DNA of 64,000 nucleotides from an uncultured Candidatus Rokubacteria bacterium (GTDB lineage Bacteria; Methylomirabilota; Methylomirabilia; Rokubacteriales; CSP1-6): NCBI GenBank assembly GCA_963754315.1, contig CAVWFS010000015.1, positions 216,458 to 280,457 of the forward strand, read 5' to 3'. Shown piece by piece: positions 31,155 to 40,292 of this stretch (position 1 is its first letter; each line of letters starts with the position of its first letter). The notes under the pieces were generated by a model. It saw only the letters and a program-made list of their open reading frames with translations, ran no database searches and was not told where the DNA came from. The position numbers and the translations under genes were made by a program.

Positions 31155-34109
31155 CTAGGCGCGGTCGGCCAGCTCCTGCAACAGCACCCTGGCGCCCTGC
31201 AAGTCCAGCGTTTCGCGCCCGTCGCTGAACGAGGTGTAGACCTCACCCAGGAGGCTGCGGGCTTCCATCTGCCGGCCCTGGCGCTGCCACAAGCGCCCCA
31301 GGCTCACCGCCGCCCGGAGCTCAAGCGATCTCGCCTGCTGGCCGCGAGCAACCTCGAGGGCCTGGCGAAAGGCCTCCTCTGCCGCGACCAGTTGTTCCGG
31401 ATGGCACGTCAGGAGCAGCTCTCCCTGCAGTCGGTGCAGCTCGGCCTCATGGTTCCGCTCACCGGTCTGCCGCGCCGTGACCATTGCCTCCGACAGGAGG
31501 CGTTGCGCCTCGTCCGCTTGTCCTCCTTGCCCATAGGTTTCGGCGAGCAACGCTAGATAGTATGGCCGCAACAGCCTGGCGCCGGTCGCTTCCCAGCCCT
31601 CGAGCCCCTTGCGCATCTGGGCGATGCCCTCGCTTCGATGCCCCTGCTTGGCCAGCGCCCAGCCATGGAGCAAGGGCCCCTGCGCCTGTTGCTGGGCAAA
31701 GCCCTGCGCGGTGGCGATCGCCATGGCCGCCTGCGCCCGCTCCTGCGTAGCTCCGGCGTCCTGGCAGAACTGATGGAGCTGCGCTCCCCAGTAGAGGGCC
31801 TGGGTCAGACTGAAGGGATGGGCGAGCTCCTGAGCCCGTGCAATGGCCTCCTGGCTCCGTTGCCGTGCTTGTTCCGGGTAGCCCAGAAGCCACAGGGCCC
31901 AGGCCAGATGGGCCAAGCATGCCACGCTGTGGTCCGTGGCGGCATCCTGGACAACGTCCGCGGATGGCCCCGGTGTGCGGGCGAGGGCGAGGCCGTGCTC
32001 CAGATGGGTACGCGCCAGAGCCAGCTCGCCGAGATGGTACAGGATGGCCCCCAGAGCGTCATGGGCGCCCAGCAGGAGGACAGGATCGTGCTCCTGCTGG
32101 GCGAGGCGGAGACGCTCTTCGGCCAGCTCCCGCACGCGCCCGAGTTCAGCTCGATTGAGATACAGCATGCTCATGCCCCGCAGCACCCGGAAGAGTTGAG
32201 GTGTCGCGTGGAGCCGCCGGCACAACTCGCGCGCCCGCACGTAGACGTGTTCCACGTCGGGCGCCGCATGTCCCCTGGTGGCGATCAACGCTGGCCCCAG
32301 GGTCGTCAGGAGAGCGAGTTCGGCTCGCTCGCGGTCGGGGGTCTCCGGCAGCGAGGCGAGGATGGTCAGCGCGGTCGTCAGGTGCTCGACGGCTTCCTTG
32401 TAGGCGCACCGCTGCAGCGCATTGTCCGCGGCGTGCTGTCGGTACCGCACCGCCCGGAGATGGTCCCGCCCCCGCTCGAAATGGCCGGCCAGCTCGGCGG
32501 CACGCTCCCTGGCCGCCGGGCCATAGCCCTCCTCGAGCTGGCGACCGATCCGCCGATGCAACTCGATGCGGCTTCCTTCAGGTATCCGCTCGTAAACCAC
32601 CTGTTGATGCAGAACGTGGCGGAACCGGTAGCGATCGGCCACCGTCCCGTCCGGCCATGCCTCCACCCCGCTCCTCAAGAGGAATCGCTCCTGCCGCGCC
32701 AGGGCCGCACAGCGCCCCTCCGCCGTCGCCACGCCGGTGGCCAGGCCCGCCGCCACCGCCGCCGCCGAGGACTCGATGCCCGCCACGCTCGCTGCTTCGA
32801 GCACGCGCTGGTCGTCCTCGGGGAGTGCCTGGAGCTGCTGCTCGATCATCTGCCGCAGGCTGTCCGGCAGCCCCCGTTCGACCTCCGCCATCGCGACCTG
32901 CGCTGGCCATGGCCCGTCGACGGCCGCTCGCCATCCGCGCTGCACCAGATGGTCCACCAGCATGACCATGAACAGCGGATGACCATCGGTGCGCTCGTGA
33001 ATCGCTGACGCCAGCTCCCGGAGAGGTGCACCCTGGGTCGCTTCGTGGGAGAGCCGCGCTGACAGATACTGGGTGACATCCCCAGCGGTGAGCGACGGCA
33101 TCACCAGCTCCACGCAGCACCGCTGCCTCGCCAGCTCGCCCTTGACCGCCCCCAGGGGATGCCCGCCCAGGAACAGGTCCGCGGCGCGAAACGTGCCGAT
33201 GAGCAGCAGCCTTGCCGGCTCACGGCGGCGGGCGAGCCAGGCGAGCAGATCCACCGTGGCTCCGTCGGCCCAGTGCAGATCTTCGAGGACGAGGAGCAGG
33301 GGGCGCTCGCGGCTCAGGGCCTCCACGGCCTCCGCCAGCTCCCGCAGCATGCGTTCCCGGGTGGAGCCCAGCACGCTGCGCCCGAGCGCGGCCTGCTCGT
33401 CGGCGCTCAGGAACCAGGGCATCTGCGCCAGCCAGGTCGGAGCGTACAGGTGCAGGATTGCCTTGACGCGAGCGCCCTCCGGACCTCGGCACAGCCGAGC
33501 CAGGGCGTCCAGGACCGACAGGTAGGGCTCGCCCACGCCGTAGTGTTCGATGCATTGCCCCCGGCCAGTCCACACCTCTCCCCGAGCCGCGGCCTCCGCC
33601 ACGAAGACGTCCACCAGGGTCGTCTTGCCTATGCCGGGCTCCCCGGTCACGAGCGCCACCCATCGCTCTCCCCGCTGGGCTTCCTCCCACCAACCGTGGA
33701 GGCGAGCCAGCTCCATCTCCCGGCCCACCATAGGCTCTCGGGGCGGCAGGGGATGCTCGGCGGGGGGTGCAGCACTCGCCGAGGGCGCCGGTGGGCCGAT
33801 GGTGCCAACGAAGCGATACCCCCGCCGCGGTACCGTCTCGATGTATCGCGGGCTGTGCGCCTGGTCGCCGAGCACCTTGCGCAGTTCGCTCAGGCACACC
33901 GTGAGCACCGACTCGCTGACGACGATCCCCGGCCAGACCGCCTCCAGGAGTTCGTCCTTGGTGATGAGCCGCCTGGGATGCTCCGCCAGATACCGGAGCA
34001 CGGCAAAGCTCTTCGGCCGGAGCCGGATCGCCCGGCCCTCCTGCCGGAGTTGCTCGCTCTCCGGATCGATCTGGAACGGCCCGAAACTGAGGGCGTCTCG
34101 TTGGTGCAT
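31155..34109 (-). CDS. Transcriptional regulator: OmpR/CadC-type winged helix + STAND AAA ATPase + TPR
   Basis: LRPKSFAVLRYL..YIETVPRRGYRF; Walker A GEPGIGKT; Walker B LEDLHWAD; C-terminal TPR (ARSLELRAA). Confidence 0.92.
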   Translation of the reverse strand: MHQRDALSFGPFQIDPESEQLRQEGRAIRLRPKSFAVLRYLAEHPRRLITKDELLEAVWPGIVVSESVLTVCLSELRKVLGDQAHSPRYIETVPRRGYRFVGTIGPPAPSASAAPPAEHPLPPREPMVGREMELARLHGWWEEAQRGERWVALVTGEPGIGKTTLVDVFVAEAAARGEVWTGRGQCIEHYGVGEPYLSVLDALARLCRGPEGARVKAILHLYAPTWLAQMPWFLSADEQAALGRSVLGSTRERMLRELAEAVEALSRERPLLLVLEDLHWADGATVDLLAWLARRREPARLLLIGTFRAADLFLGGHPLGAVKGELARQRCCVELVMPSLTAGDVTQYLSARLSHEATQGAPLRELASAIHERTDGHPLFMVMLVDHLVQRGWRAAVDGPWPAQVAMAEVERGLPDSLRQMIEQQLQALPEDDQRVLEAASVAGIESSAAAVAAGLATGVATAEGRCAALARQERFLLRSGVEAWPDGTVADRYRFRHVLHQQVVYERIPEGSRIELHRRIGRQLEEGYGPAARERAAELAGHFERGRDHLRAVRYRQHAADNALQRCAYKEAVEHLTTALTILASLPETPDRERAELALLTTLGPALIATRGHAAPDVEHVYVRARELCRRLHATPQLFRVLRGMSMLYLNRAELGRVRELAEERLRLAQQEHDPVLLLGAHDALGAILYHLGELALARTHLEHGLALARTPGPSADVVQDAATDHSVACLAHLAWALWLLGYPEQARQRSQEAIARAQELAHPFSLTQALYWGAQLHQFCQDAGATQERAQAAMAIATAQGFAQQQAQGPLLHGWALAKQGHRSEGIAQMRKGLEGWEATGARLLRPYYLALLAETYGQGGQADEAQRLLSEAMVTARQTGERNHEAELHRLQGELLLTCHPEQLVAAEEAFRQALEVARGQQARSLELRAAVSLGRLWQRQGRQMEARSLLGEVYTSFSDGRETLDLQGARVLLQELADRA

Positions 34110-34128
34110 CGGGCGGGCCCTCCGGCCC

Positions 34129-34183
34129 TTGAAGGGAAATTGTAGGGTTTTGTAAAGACTCCTGCCCACCCCCTGCCTATAGT
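34129..34183 (+). promoter_or_regulatory. Helically phased direct repeats plus a -10 box upstream of the 34246 gene
   Basis: TTGAAGG (34129), TTGTAGG (34140), TTGTAAA (34150), then TATAGT at 34178-34183. Confidence 0.55.
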
Positions 34184-34245
34184 CCGCCCGAGGGGTCAAG
34201 TTTCCAAAGAGCTAAAGCCCTGTCGTTGAAAGGCGAGGATCATCC

Positions 34246-35799
34246 ATGAAGAGAGAGACAGCTCCGATACTCTTCTTGATCGCGCTGCTCGTTGGGCTAA
34301 GCGTCACCGCGCCAACCGCAATGGCAAGTGGTCAGGGCGATGGTTCGGATCAGACTGTCCACGCGCAGGAAGACGACAATGAGGCTGCCGCCACGGTCAC
34401 CTTCGCGCGCAGAGGGACCATCTACGTTGGCCCGTCGGCATCGGGCGAGGCGCTGCGCATCCTCGCCAGAGCCTACGCACTGCCGCGCCTGAGGTCCGCG
34501 TGCCTGACCTGCTTTGGTGTGGGCATAATCATTGGCCCCGCCGACCTCAGGATGCCGTGGGTCGTCGAGCGATTGAAAGTCGCGTACGAAGCGGGTCACG
34601 CAATCGGCCTGACCAACGCCACGGCTGCTCGCCTCGAGCGTCTCCGCGATTTGCTCGGACATCGCGGGTCGGCTGAGGCGTTTCACGGCGGCAAGCCGAT
34701 CCACTTGGCTGCGGTTCGCAAGGCCCTCCGGGCCGATGGTCAGCTCAACTTCAGCTCTCACCTCTTGCTACCCCGGGAGGGCAAGATCCCCTGGCGATGG
34801 CAGCGGATCGCGGACAGAAACGACGTCAACGCATTGAGTCGGATCTTCTCGGACACGCCGTTCCTGCCTCCGGCGCCGCCGGACGACAGCCCCCAGCAGA
34901 ATCTCCTCCTACTCGCCGACTCTTACATCTCGCACGTGATCGCGACCGGATTTCAAGGGAGCCAGGTCGAGATCATCAATTCCGTGTGGGACGCGCGATC
35001 GTTTCTGAACTCGGCGGACCTCTACTACGTCCTGCAGCAAATTGGTATCAGTGGCCCGATCTCGGCGGGCGCGACGGCCATTACCGCGAGCAATTCGCTT
35101 GTGGAGCCACATGCCGCACCAACGACGCTCCAGCCGAGCCCGCCGACGACGGGGCAAACCACGACCGTGACGAGTGGTGTATCGGAAAGTCTCGGCGGCA
35201 ACATCGGATACAACCAGATGCAAGGCCTCAATGCCACGGCGTCGGCGGGCCTGGAAATCTCCAACAGTACGACCATTGTCGTACCCGAGCTGGTCGTCCA
35301 GTACGAGGGCGATCTCGATACGGGGGAGACAATCTGGCAGACATTGATTCTGGGATTCAACGGCCAGACAACGCTCACCTTCTACAACCAATGGATCTGG
35401 CAGGTGCCGTTTACCGCCTACACCACGGCGCAGCAGAATGTCACATTCGCGTCGCAAGCGATACTCGGAATCTTGACCAATTCGGTGACGGCCAACCTCA
35501 ACTCCGTGGTCCCTCTCCCGTTCGGTGACGTATTTACCCTCCAACAGCCGGTGGTGACCGGTTTGAGCTCATCGACGGTTGAGGAGGGAACCACCTTCAC
35601 GATTCAAGGCACCGGACTGTATCCTTCGCTGGTCTCGGCCGTGATCATTGGGGGCACGGCGGTGAACTCGGCCAACATCTCCAATGTCAGCGACACCCAG
35701 ATCGACGTGGTCGCGCCCTTCCTCTGCGTGGACTGCGCCGTGGTAGTTCAGACGACGCAGGGCACCTCCAATCACGACTTCACGATCACGATTTTTTAG
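34246..35799 (+). CDS. Secreted protein with leukocidin/cytolysin-like beta-hairpin region and C-terminal IPT/TIG domain
   Basis: Signal peptide; amphipathic segment TTVTSGVSESLGGNIGYNQMQGLNATASAGLEISNSTT; FYNQWIWQV; IPT-like PVVTGLS..FTIQGTGL..SDTQIDVVAP. Confidence 0.7.
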   Translation: MKRETAPILFLIALLVGLSVTAPTAMASGQGDGSDQTVHAQEDDNEAAATVTFARRGTIYVGPSASGEALRILARAYALPRLRSACLTCFGVGIIIGPADLRMPWVVERLKVAYEAGHAIGLTNATAARLERLRDLLGHRGSAEAFHGGKPIHLAAVRKALRADGQLNFSSHLLLPREGKIPWRWQRIADRNDVNALSRIFSDTPFLPPAPPDDSPQQNLLLLADSYISHVIATGFQGSQVEIINSVWDARSFLNSADLYYVLQQIGISGPISAGATAITASNSLVEPHAAPTTLQPSPPTTGQTTTVTSGVSESLGGNIGYNQMQGLNATASAGLEISNSTTIVVPELVVQYEGDLDTGETIWQTLILGFNGQTTLTFYNQWIWQVPFTAYTTAQQNVTFASQAILGILTNSVTANLNSVVPLPFGDVFTLQQPVVTGLSSSTVEEGTTFTIQGTGLYPSLVSAVIIGGTAVNSANISNVSDTQIDVVAPFLCVDCAVVVQTTQGTSNHDFTITIF

Positions 35800-35855
35800 G
35801 ACGACACGAAACGGGGCGGGGCCTCCCGGGCCGCCGAGGAGGCCGCAAAGCAAGG

Positions 35856-35889
35856 CTCGGCGAGGGTGGCGCGGGCCACCCTCGCCGAG
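35856..35889. terminator. Perfect 15-bp stem hairpin between convergent genes
   Basis: CTCGGCGAGGGTGGC-gcgg-GCCACCCTCGCCGAG. Confidence 0.7.
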
Positions 35890-35908
35890 GGTCATCGCTG
35901 GATTTCAG

Positions 35909-36868
35909 CTAGGGGTTCGGGTCGCACTGGGGACCGACCTCGATGGCCAGGCCGGCGACCAGCTCGCCGGTCCCGATCTGCCCGAGGTCGATCGCGAAAC
36001 CGGACGGCAGATCGATGAAGTACAGCCGGGAGAACGGGCTCCCCACCGGCTGGATCGCCGCCAGCGCCTCGTTGTTGGGGCCTATGTCGAAGGACGCCAG
36101 GTCGCCGGCGTCGACACCGAGGCGGCCCACGGTATTCAGCACGCCGGCGTTCGGTGGCACCTGGACAGCCAGCACGTCACCGTTGGCGCCCGGGTCGGTC
36201 GCGCGATTGACGTCGAGATCGTGCAGGACGGTGTTGGTGTCGGGGTCACGGTCGGGGTTCGTGTAGGCGACCGCCACCACCCGCGGCGTCCGGGTCGCAT
36301 TCGGGTCGCCCATGGCCGGGTACGCCAGCATGGCGTCGGTGCCGGCCACGATCGCGTCGGCAGGACGTACCCGGATGTTCTGACCGGTGTCGCTCACGAT
36401 CCGCAAGAGATCGGGGACGGGATTGAAATCGACACCGAACGCCACACCGTTCAGCGGGATCGCGCGCGCCCCCACCGGCGTGGCGGCACCAGTGTCGACG
36501 TTGATGGTGTAGAGCTGGCCATTGGGGTCAGCGGCAATCCGTCCGACGCCGTAGAGAACCCCGGTCGCCGGCCGGAAGTCGATCCCCACCAGGACCTCGC
36601 CGTCCGCCAGCCCGCTGATGGACTTGCGGGAGCGGAGGAGCTGCCGGGGGGTCTGCGCAGGGCGCTCGCTGAGGCTCTCGTAGTAGTCCGCCCAGCGACC
36701 GAGGAGGAGCAACTCGTTCTGTGTGTTGACGAGGTGCACGCGTCCACAGGTGAGCGCAGCGGCAGCCGCCGGCGCCGGCAACAACATGGGTGCCAGGCCG
36801 ATCAGCGCAGTGAAGAGAGAGGTGACAGGGAGACGACGTCCAGCGCCTCCGGACCCGAAGAGACTCAT
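35909..36868 (-). CDS. DUF4394 domain secreted protein
   Basis: LVGIDFRPATGVLYG, FGVDFNPVPDLLRIVSDTGQNIR, AYTN; AAGGAGG RBS. Confidence 0.88.
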   Translation of the reverse strand: MSLFGSGGAGRRLPVTSLFTALIGLAPMLLPAPAAAAALTCGRVHLVNTQNELLLLGRWADYYESLSERPAQTPRQLLRSRKSISGLADGEVLVGIDFRPATGVLYGVGRIAADPNGQLYTINVDTGAATPVGARAIPLNGVAFGVDFNPVPDLLRIVSDTGQNIRVRPADAIVAGTDAMLAYPAMGDPNATRTPRVVAVAYTNPDRDPDTNTVLHDLDVNRATDPGANGDVLAVQVPPNAGVLNTVGRLGVDAGDLASFDIGPNNEALAAIQPVGSPFSRLYFIDLPSGFAIDLGQIGTGELVAGLAIEVGPQCDPNP

Positions 36869-37183
36869 AGCTTCCTCCTTGATCGAGTTTCGTTGCTCGA
36901 TTTTCTTTGCGATCACCTCTCTCTACGAACCGGGCTCGCGTGCCGGATCGCACGCGGGACAAAGTAGCGATTTCGCGGAAAGATTTACACCCTCGGGGAA
37001 GAAACTGCATACCCCTTCCTGCCACGTTGGCATGGCGTGGCCAAGATGCGACTCGCCAAGGGAATGCCATGTCTCAGTGGCAGCTGCTTTGCTGCTGTCG
37101 GTAGCAGGATCGAAAGAGCTCCGAATTCGTTCCTCGCCGCTCAGGCACTGAGTTCGCGCCGACATCGACAGTAGGAGGGTCCA

Positions 37184-38006
37184 GTGAGTGATACTCGGCA
37201 CGTGATCGCCGTCGCCGACGCCTGGTTGGCCACCGGCAGGAATCTTCACTTGATGACGGATTTCGACGGCACCCTCACCCCCATCGTCGACCATCCGGGT
37301 GAGGCGTGGCTCTCGGACGTGATGCGCGGGCACCTACGATCGCTCGCGCAATCGCCGCGCAGCCGTGTCACCATCATCTCCGGCCGCGATCTTGAGGATC
37401 TCCGCAGTCGCGTACGCCTGTCGGGAGTGACCTACGCGGGTTGCCACGGGCTCGAGGTGGCCGGTCCCGACTTTGCGTTTACGCACCCAGACGCGGAAGG
37501 GCAAGTGGAGGTGCTGCGCGAGATCGCCCGAACCCTCCTGGAGCGGGCGCCCCTGCTCGACGGCTTGCATGTCGAGCCCAAGCGATTCGCCGTCGCCGTC
37601 CACTATCGCCACCTCAGCGCCGACTCCCGACGTCAGCTGGAGGATGAGCTCGCCCGCGCGATTCTGCAGGACGGGGCCCGGCTCAAGATCTTCCACGGCA
37701 CCAAGGTCGTCGAGATCCTGCCCGCCGCGGGCTGGCACAAGGGGACCTGCGCCCTCTGGATCTTGGAGCAGATCCGTTGGGAGCTTGGGAGCGCCGGTAG
37801 GAGCGCTCTACCTTGGCGACGACTGGACGGATGAATACGCCTTCGAGGCTCTTCTTGGAAAGGCGCTCACTGTGAGGGTGGGAGGCGATCAGCGCGCATC
37901 AAAGGCCGAGTATCGAATAGAGGCCGTTGAAGAGGTTGAGATGCTGCTCGGTACTCTGGCCGCCCGGGTGGGCGAGCCCCATCGAGGATCGGCCGGTATC
38001 TTGTAG
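37184..38006 (+). CDS. otsB: Trehalose-6-phosphate phosphatase (one frameshift near 37790)
   Basis: DFDGTLTPI, ISGR, YAGCHGLE, VHYR, WHKG; C-terminal YLGDDWTDEYAF is in another frame. Confidence 0.88.
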
Positions 38007-38137
38007 ATCCGGATCTTCGCTTAAGCGAGGACCCGCTATCCGACACCCTTCACCCTGCGCTATCAGCTCGGCACGTCCCCCCTAAGCCGGATGCATTCAC
38101 GACTCTGTAAGTCGTTTTTCTGTGGTAAAAAGTACTC

Positions 38138-39274
38138 GTGTATCCACGAATGCTGGAACCGCCCGCTCGGCAAAGCTTTTTCCTGTTTGGCCCGCGCGGG
38201 GTGGGCAAGACGGCATGGGTAAGGGCGCGCTTCGCGGATGCGCCCTTCTTCGATCTCCTGGAAGCGGAGACGTACACGCAGCTACTGGCCTCCCCCTCCC
38301 GGCTGGCCGATCAGGTGCCAGCCGGATTCAGGGGCTGGGTGGTCATCGACGAGATCCAGAGGCTGCCCGACCTCCTGAACGAGGTTCACCGCCTGATTGA
38401 GGCGCGCCGCCTGCGCTTCGTCCTGACGGGGTCGAGCGCCCGCAAGCTTCGGCACCGCGGAGTGAATCTCCTCGCCGGCCGCGCCCTCACCCGCTTCATG
38501 CACCCACTCACCGCCACCGAGCTGGGTCGCGATTTCGATCTGCGTCGAGCCCTCCAGTACGGCGGCTTGCCCTTTGCGTGTACGGAACCGGAGCCGAGCC
38601 CGTACCTGAAGAGCTACGTGACGACATACCTGCGCGAGGAGGTTCAACAGGAGGGCTACGCCAGGAATTTGGCCGCCTTCGCCCGATTCCTGGAAGCGGC
38701 AAGTTTCTCGCAGGGCTCCGTCCTCAACATGGCCGCGATCGCCCGCGAGAGTGCCGTCGGCGCCAAAGTCGTCGAAGACTACTTCGGCATCCTGGAGGAC
38801 TTACTGATTGCGGTGCGGCTTCCCGTCTTCACCAAGCGCGCGAAGCGCCGTCTCGTCGCCCACCCGAAGTTCTACTTCTTCGACGCGGGCGTATTCCACG
38901 CCATCCGTCCCCGCGGCCCCCTGGACGCCGCCGAGGAGATCCGCGGCGCTGCTCTCGAAACGCTCTTCCTCCAGCACCTGCGAGCGGTGAACGACTACCT
39001 GGGCCTCGGTTACTCGCTTCATTACTGGCGGACCGCGGCCGGTGACGAAGTGGATTTCGTGCTGTATGGCGACCGCGGCCTCATCGCCTTCGAGGTCAAG
39101 ATGAGCCCCCGCGTGCGGCTCGACGACCTCCGAGGGCTTCTCCAGCTGCGCGACGATTACCCCCAGGCAAAGACGTTCTTCATCTACACTGGCTCTCGCC
39201 GATGGCATGAGCGCGGGGTCCAAATCGTACCGGCCGACCAGGCGCTTCGTACCCTCCCTGATTTGATTCGGTAG
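38138..39274 (+). CDS. AAA_14 ATPase with DUF4143 domain
   Basis: GPRGVGKT, IDEIQR, LTGSS, PKFYFFDAG, YWRT..EVDFV..AFEVK. Confidence 0.92.
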   Translation: MYPRMLEPPARQSFFLFGPRGVGKTAWVRARFADAPFFDLLEAETYTQLLASPSRLADQVPAGFRGWVVIDEIQRLPDLLNEVHRLIEARRLRFVLTGSSARKLRHRGVNLLAGRALTRFMHPLTATELGRDFDLRRALQYGGLPFACTEPEPSPYLKSYVTTYLREEVQQEGYARNLAAFARFLEAASFSQGSVLNMAAIARESAVGAKVVEDYFGILEDLLIAVRLPVFTKRAKRRLVAHPKFYFFDAGVFHAIRPRGPLDAAEEIRGAALETLFLQHLRAVNDYLGLGYSLHYWRTAAGDEVDFVLYGDRGLIAFEVKMSPRVRLDDLRGLLQLRDDYPQAKTFFIYTGSRRWHERGVQIVPADQALRTLPDLIR

Positions 39275-39433
39275 CCGCATTCGGCCCGCGATCATGGGGT
39301 AGGTTGCTTGCCAGCTTTAGTCGTCGCCCGATCAATCTCGTCAAGGAAGGCGGGTGCCTCGCTGGCTCGGTAGATGTGCTCCTGGCGTGCCACAGCCCCA
39401 GCCCTGTCTGCACCGTTGTGTTACAGTGAACAC

Positions 39434-39667
39434 ATGGATACCACGATTCGGAACCTGGACGAGAGGGCGTATCGGGAACTGAAGGCGCGGGCGGCCCTGA
39501 GCGGGAAGAACATCGGCGAGCTGGTGACGGAGGCGATCCGCTGTTACCTCGCGAGGCCGACCACCCTGAGCAAACGAGGGAGTCTCCGCGATCTCACACC
39601 CGAAGCGTATCCGAAGGGCAATGAGCGGCTCAGCGAGCAGGTCGACGCCATCGTCTACGGGGGCTGA
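39434..39667 (+). CDS. RHH antitoxin (VapB/FitA-like)
   Basis: TTIRNLDERAYRELKARAA; SEQVDAIVYG tail; precedes PIN toxin. Confidence 0.88.
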   Translation: MDTTIRNLDERAYRELKARAALSGKNIGELVTEAIRCYLARPTTLSKRGSLRDLTPEAYPKGNERLSEQVDAIVYGG

Positions 39668-39677
39668 CAGTGCGGGC

Positions 39678-40085
39678 GTGATCGTTCTCGACTCCAGCTT
39701 TCTCGTGGCCTATCACAACCGACGCGACGTTCATCACGGGGCGGCGGCCGCCACCATGGAAAAACTGGTGACCGGCGAGTGGGGGCCCGCCCTTCTCCTA
39801 GAGTACGTGTTTCTCGAGGTCACGACGGTGCTCCTGGCTCGCCGCGGTCTCGACGTCGCCGCGCGGGTCGCCGCCATCCTGCTCCAGGCCCGCGAGGTGG
39901 AGTTTGTACCATCCTCAGAGATGTTCCTCGACGTCCTGGAGACGTTCCGCGCGCAGCGCCACGGCCGCCTGAGCTTCACGGATGCCGCGATCGTCACGCT
40001 GGCGCGCAGCCGTGCCGCGCGTTTTGTGGCCACCTTCGATCGGGACTTTCGGCACGTGGAGGGCGTGATGACCATACCTGCCTGA
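39678..40085 (+). CDS. vapC: VapC PIN-domain toxin
   Basis: VIVLDSSFL, VFLE, LSFTDAA, ATFDRDF. Confidence 0.9.
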   Translation: MIVLDSSFLVAYHNRRDVHHGAAAATMEKLVTGEWGPALLLEYVFLEVTTVLLARRGLDVAARVAAILLQAREVEFVPSSEMFLDVLETFRAQRHGRLSFTDAAIVTLARSRAARFVATFDRDFRHVEGVMTIPA

Positions 40086-40144
40086 GCAGGCCGGTACGCC
40101 GGGCGGGGATCCCTTCGAATCCTCTCCAAGCCGGCGCCGCCGCT

Positions 40145-40198
40145 GGAGCCGCTCGGCGAGGCGGCCGAAGCCAGGTCGCCTGCATCATCCTGGGGCGC
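40145..40198 (+). repeat. Diverged fragment of the DUF2090 gene (matches 25605-25658)
   Basis: [18 protein letters not shown]; 7 of 8 changed codons are synonymous. Confidence 0.88.
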
Positions 40199-40292
40199 TT
40201 GCGCGCTGGACGCTGGCAGTGGCGCTGGATACGATGGATCGCGTCGCGGACGAGGTGCGCTCTAAGGTCTGAGGGAGGTGGCCGGCCAGGGG

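Noticed and set aside
37055..37070. Sigma-54 promoter upstream of the DUF4394 gene
   Set aside because: GG-N10-GC spacing is present on the minus strand but the TTGC -12 element is imperfect; too weak in GC-rich DNA.
37780..37810. Programmed frameshift in otsB
   Set aside because: No slippery heptamer or stimulatory structure seen; a single indel error or mutation is simpler.
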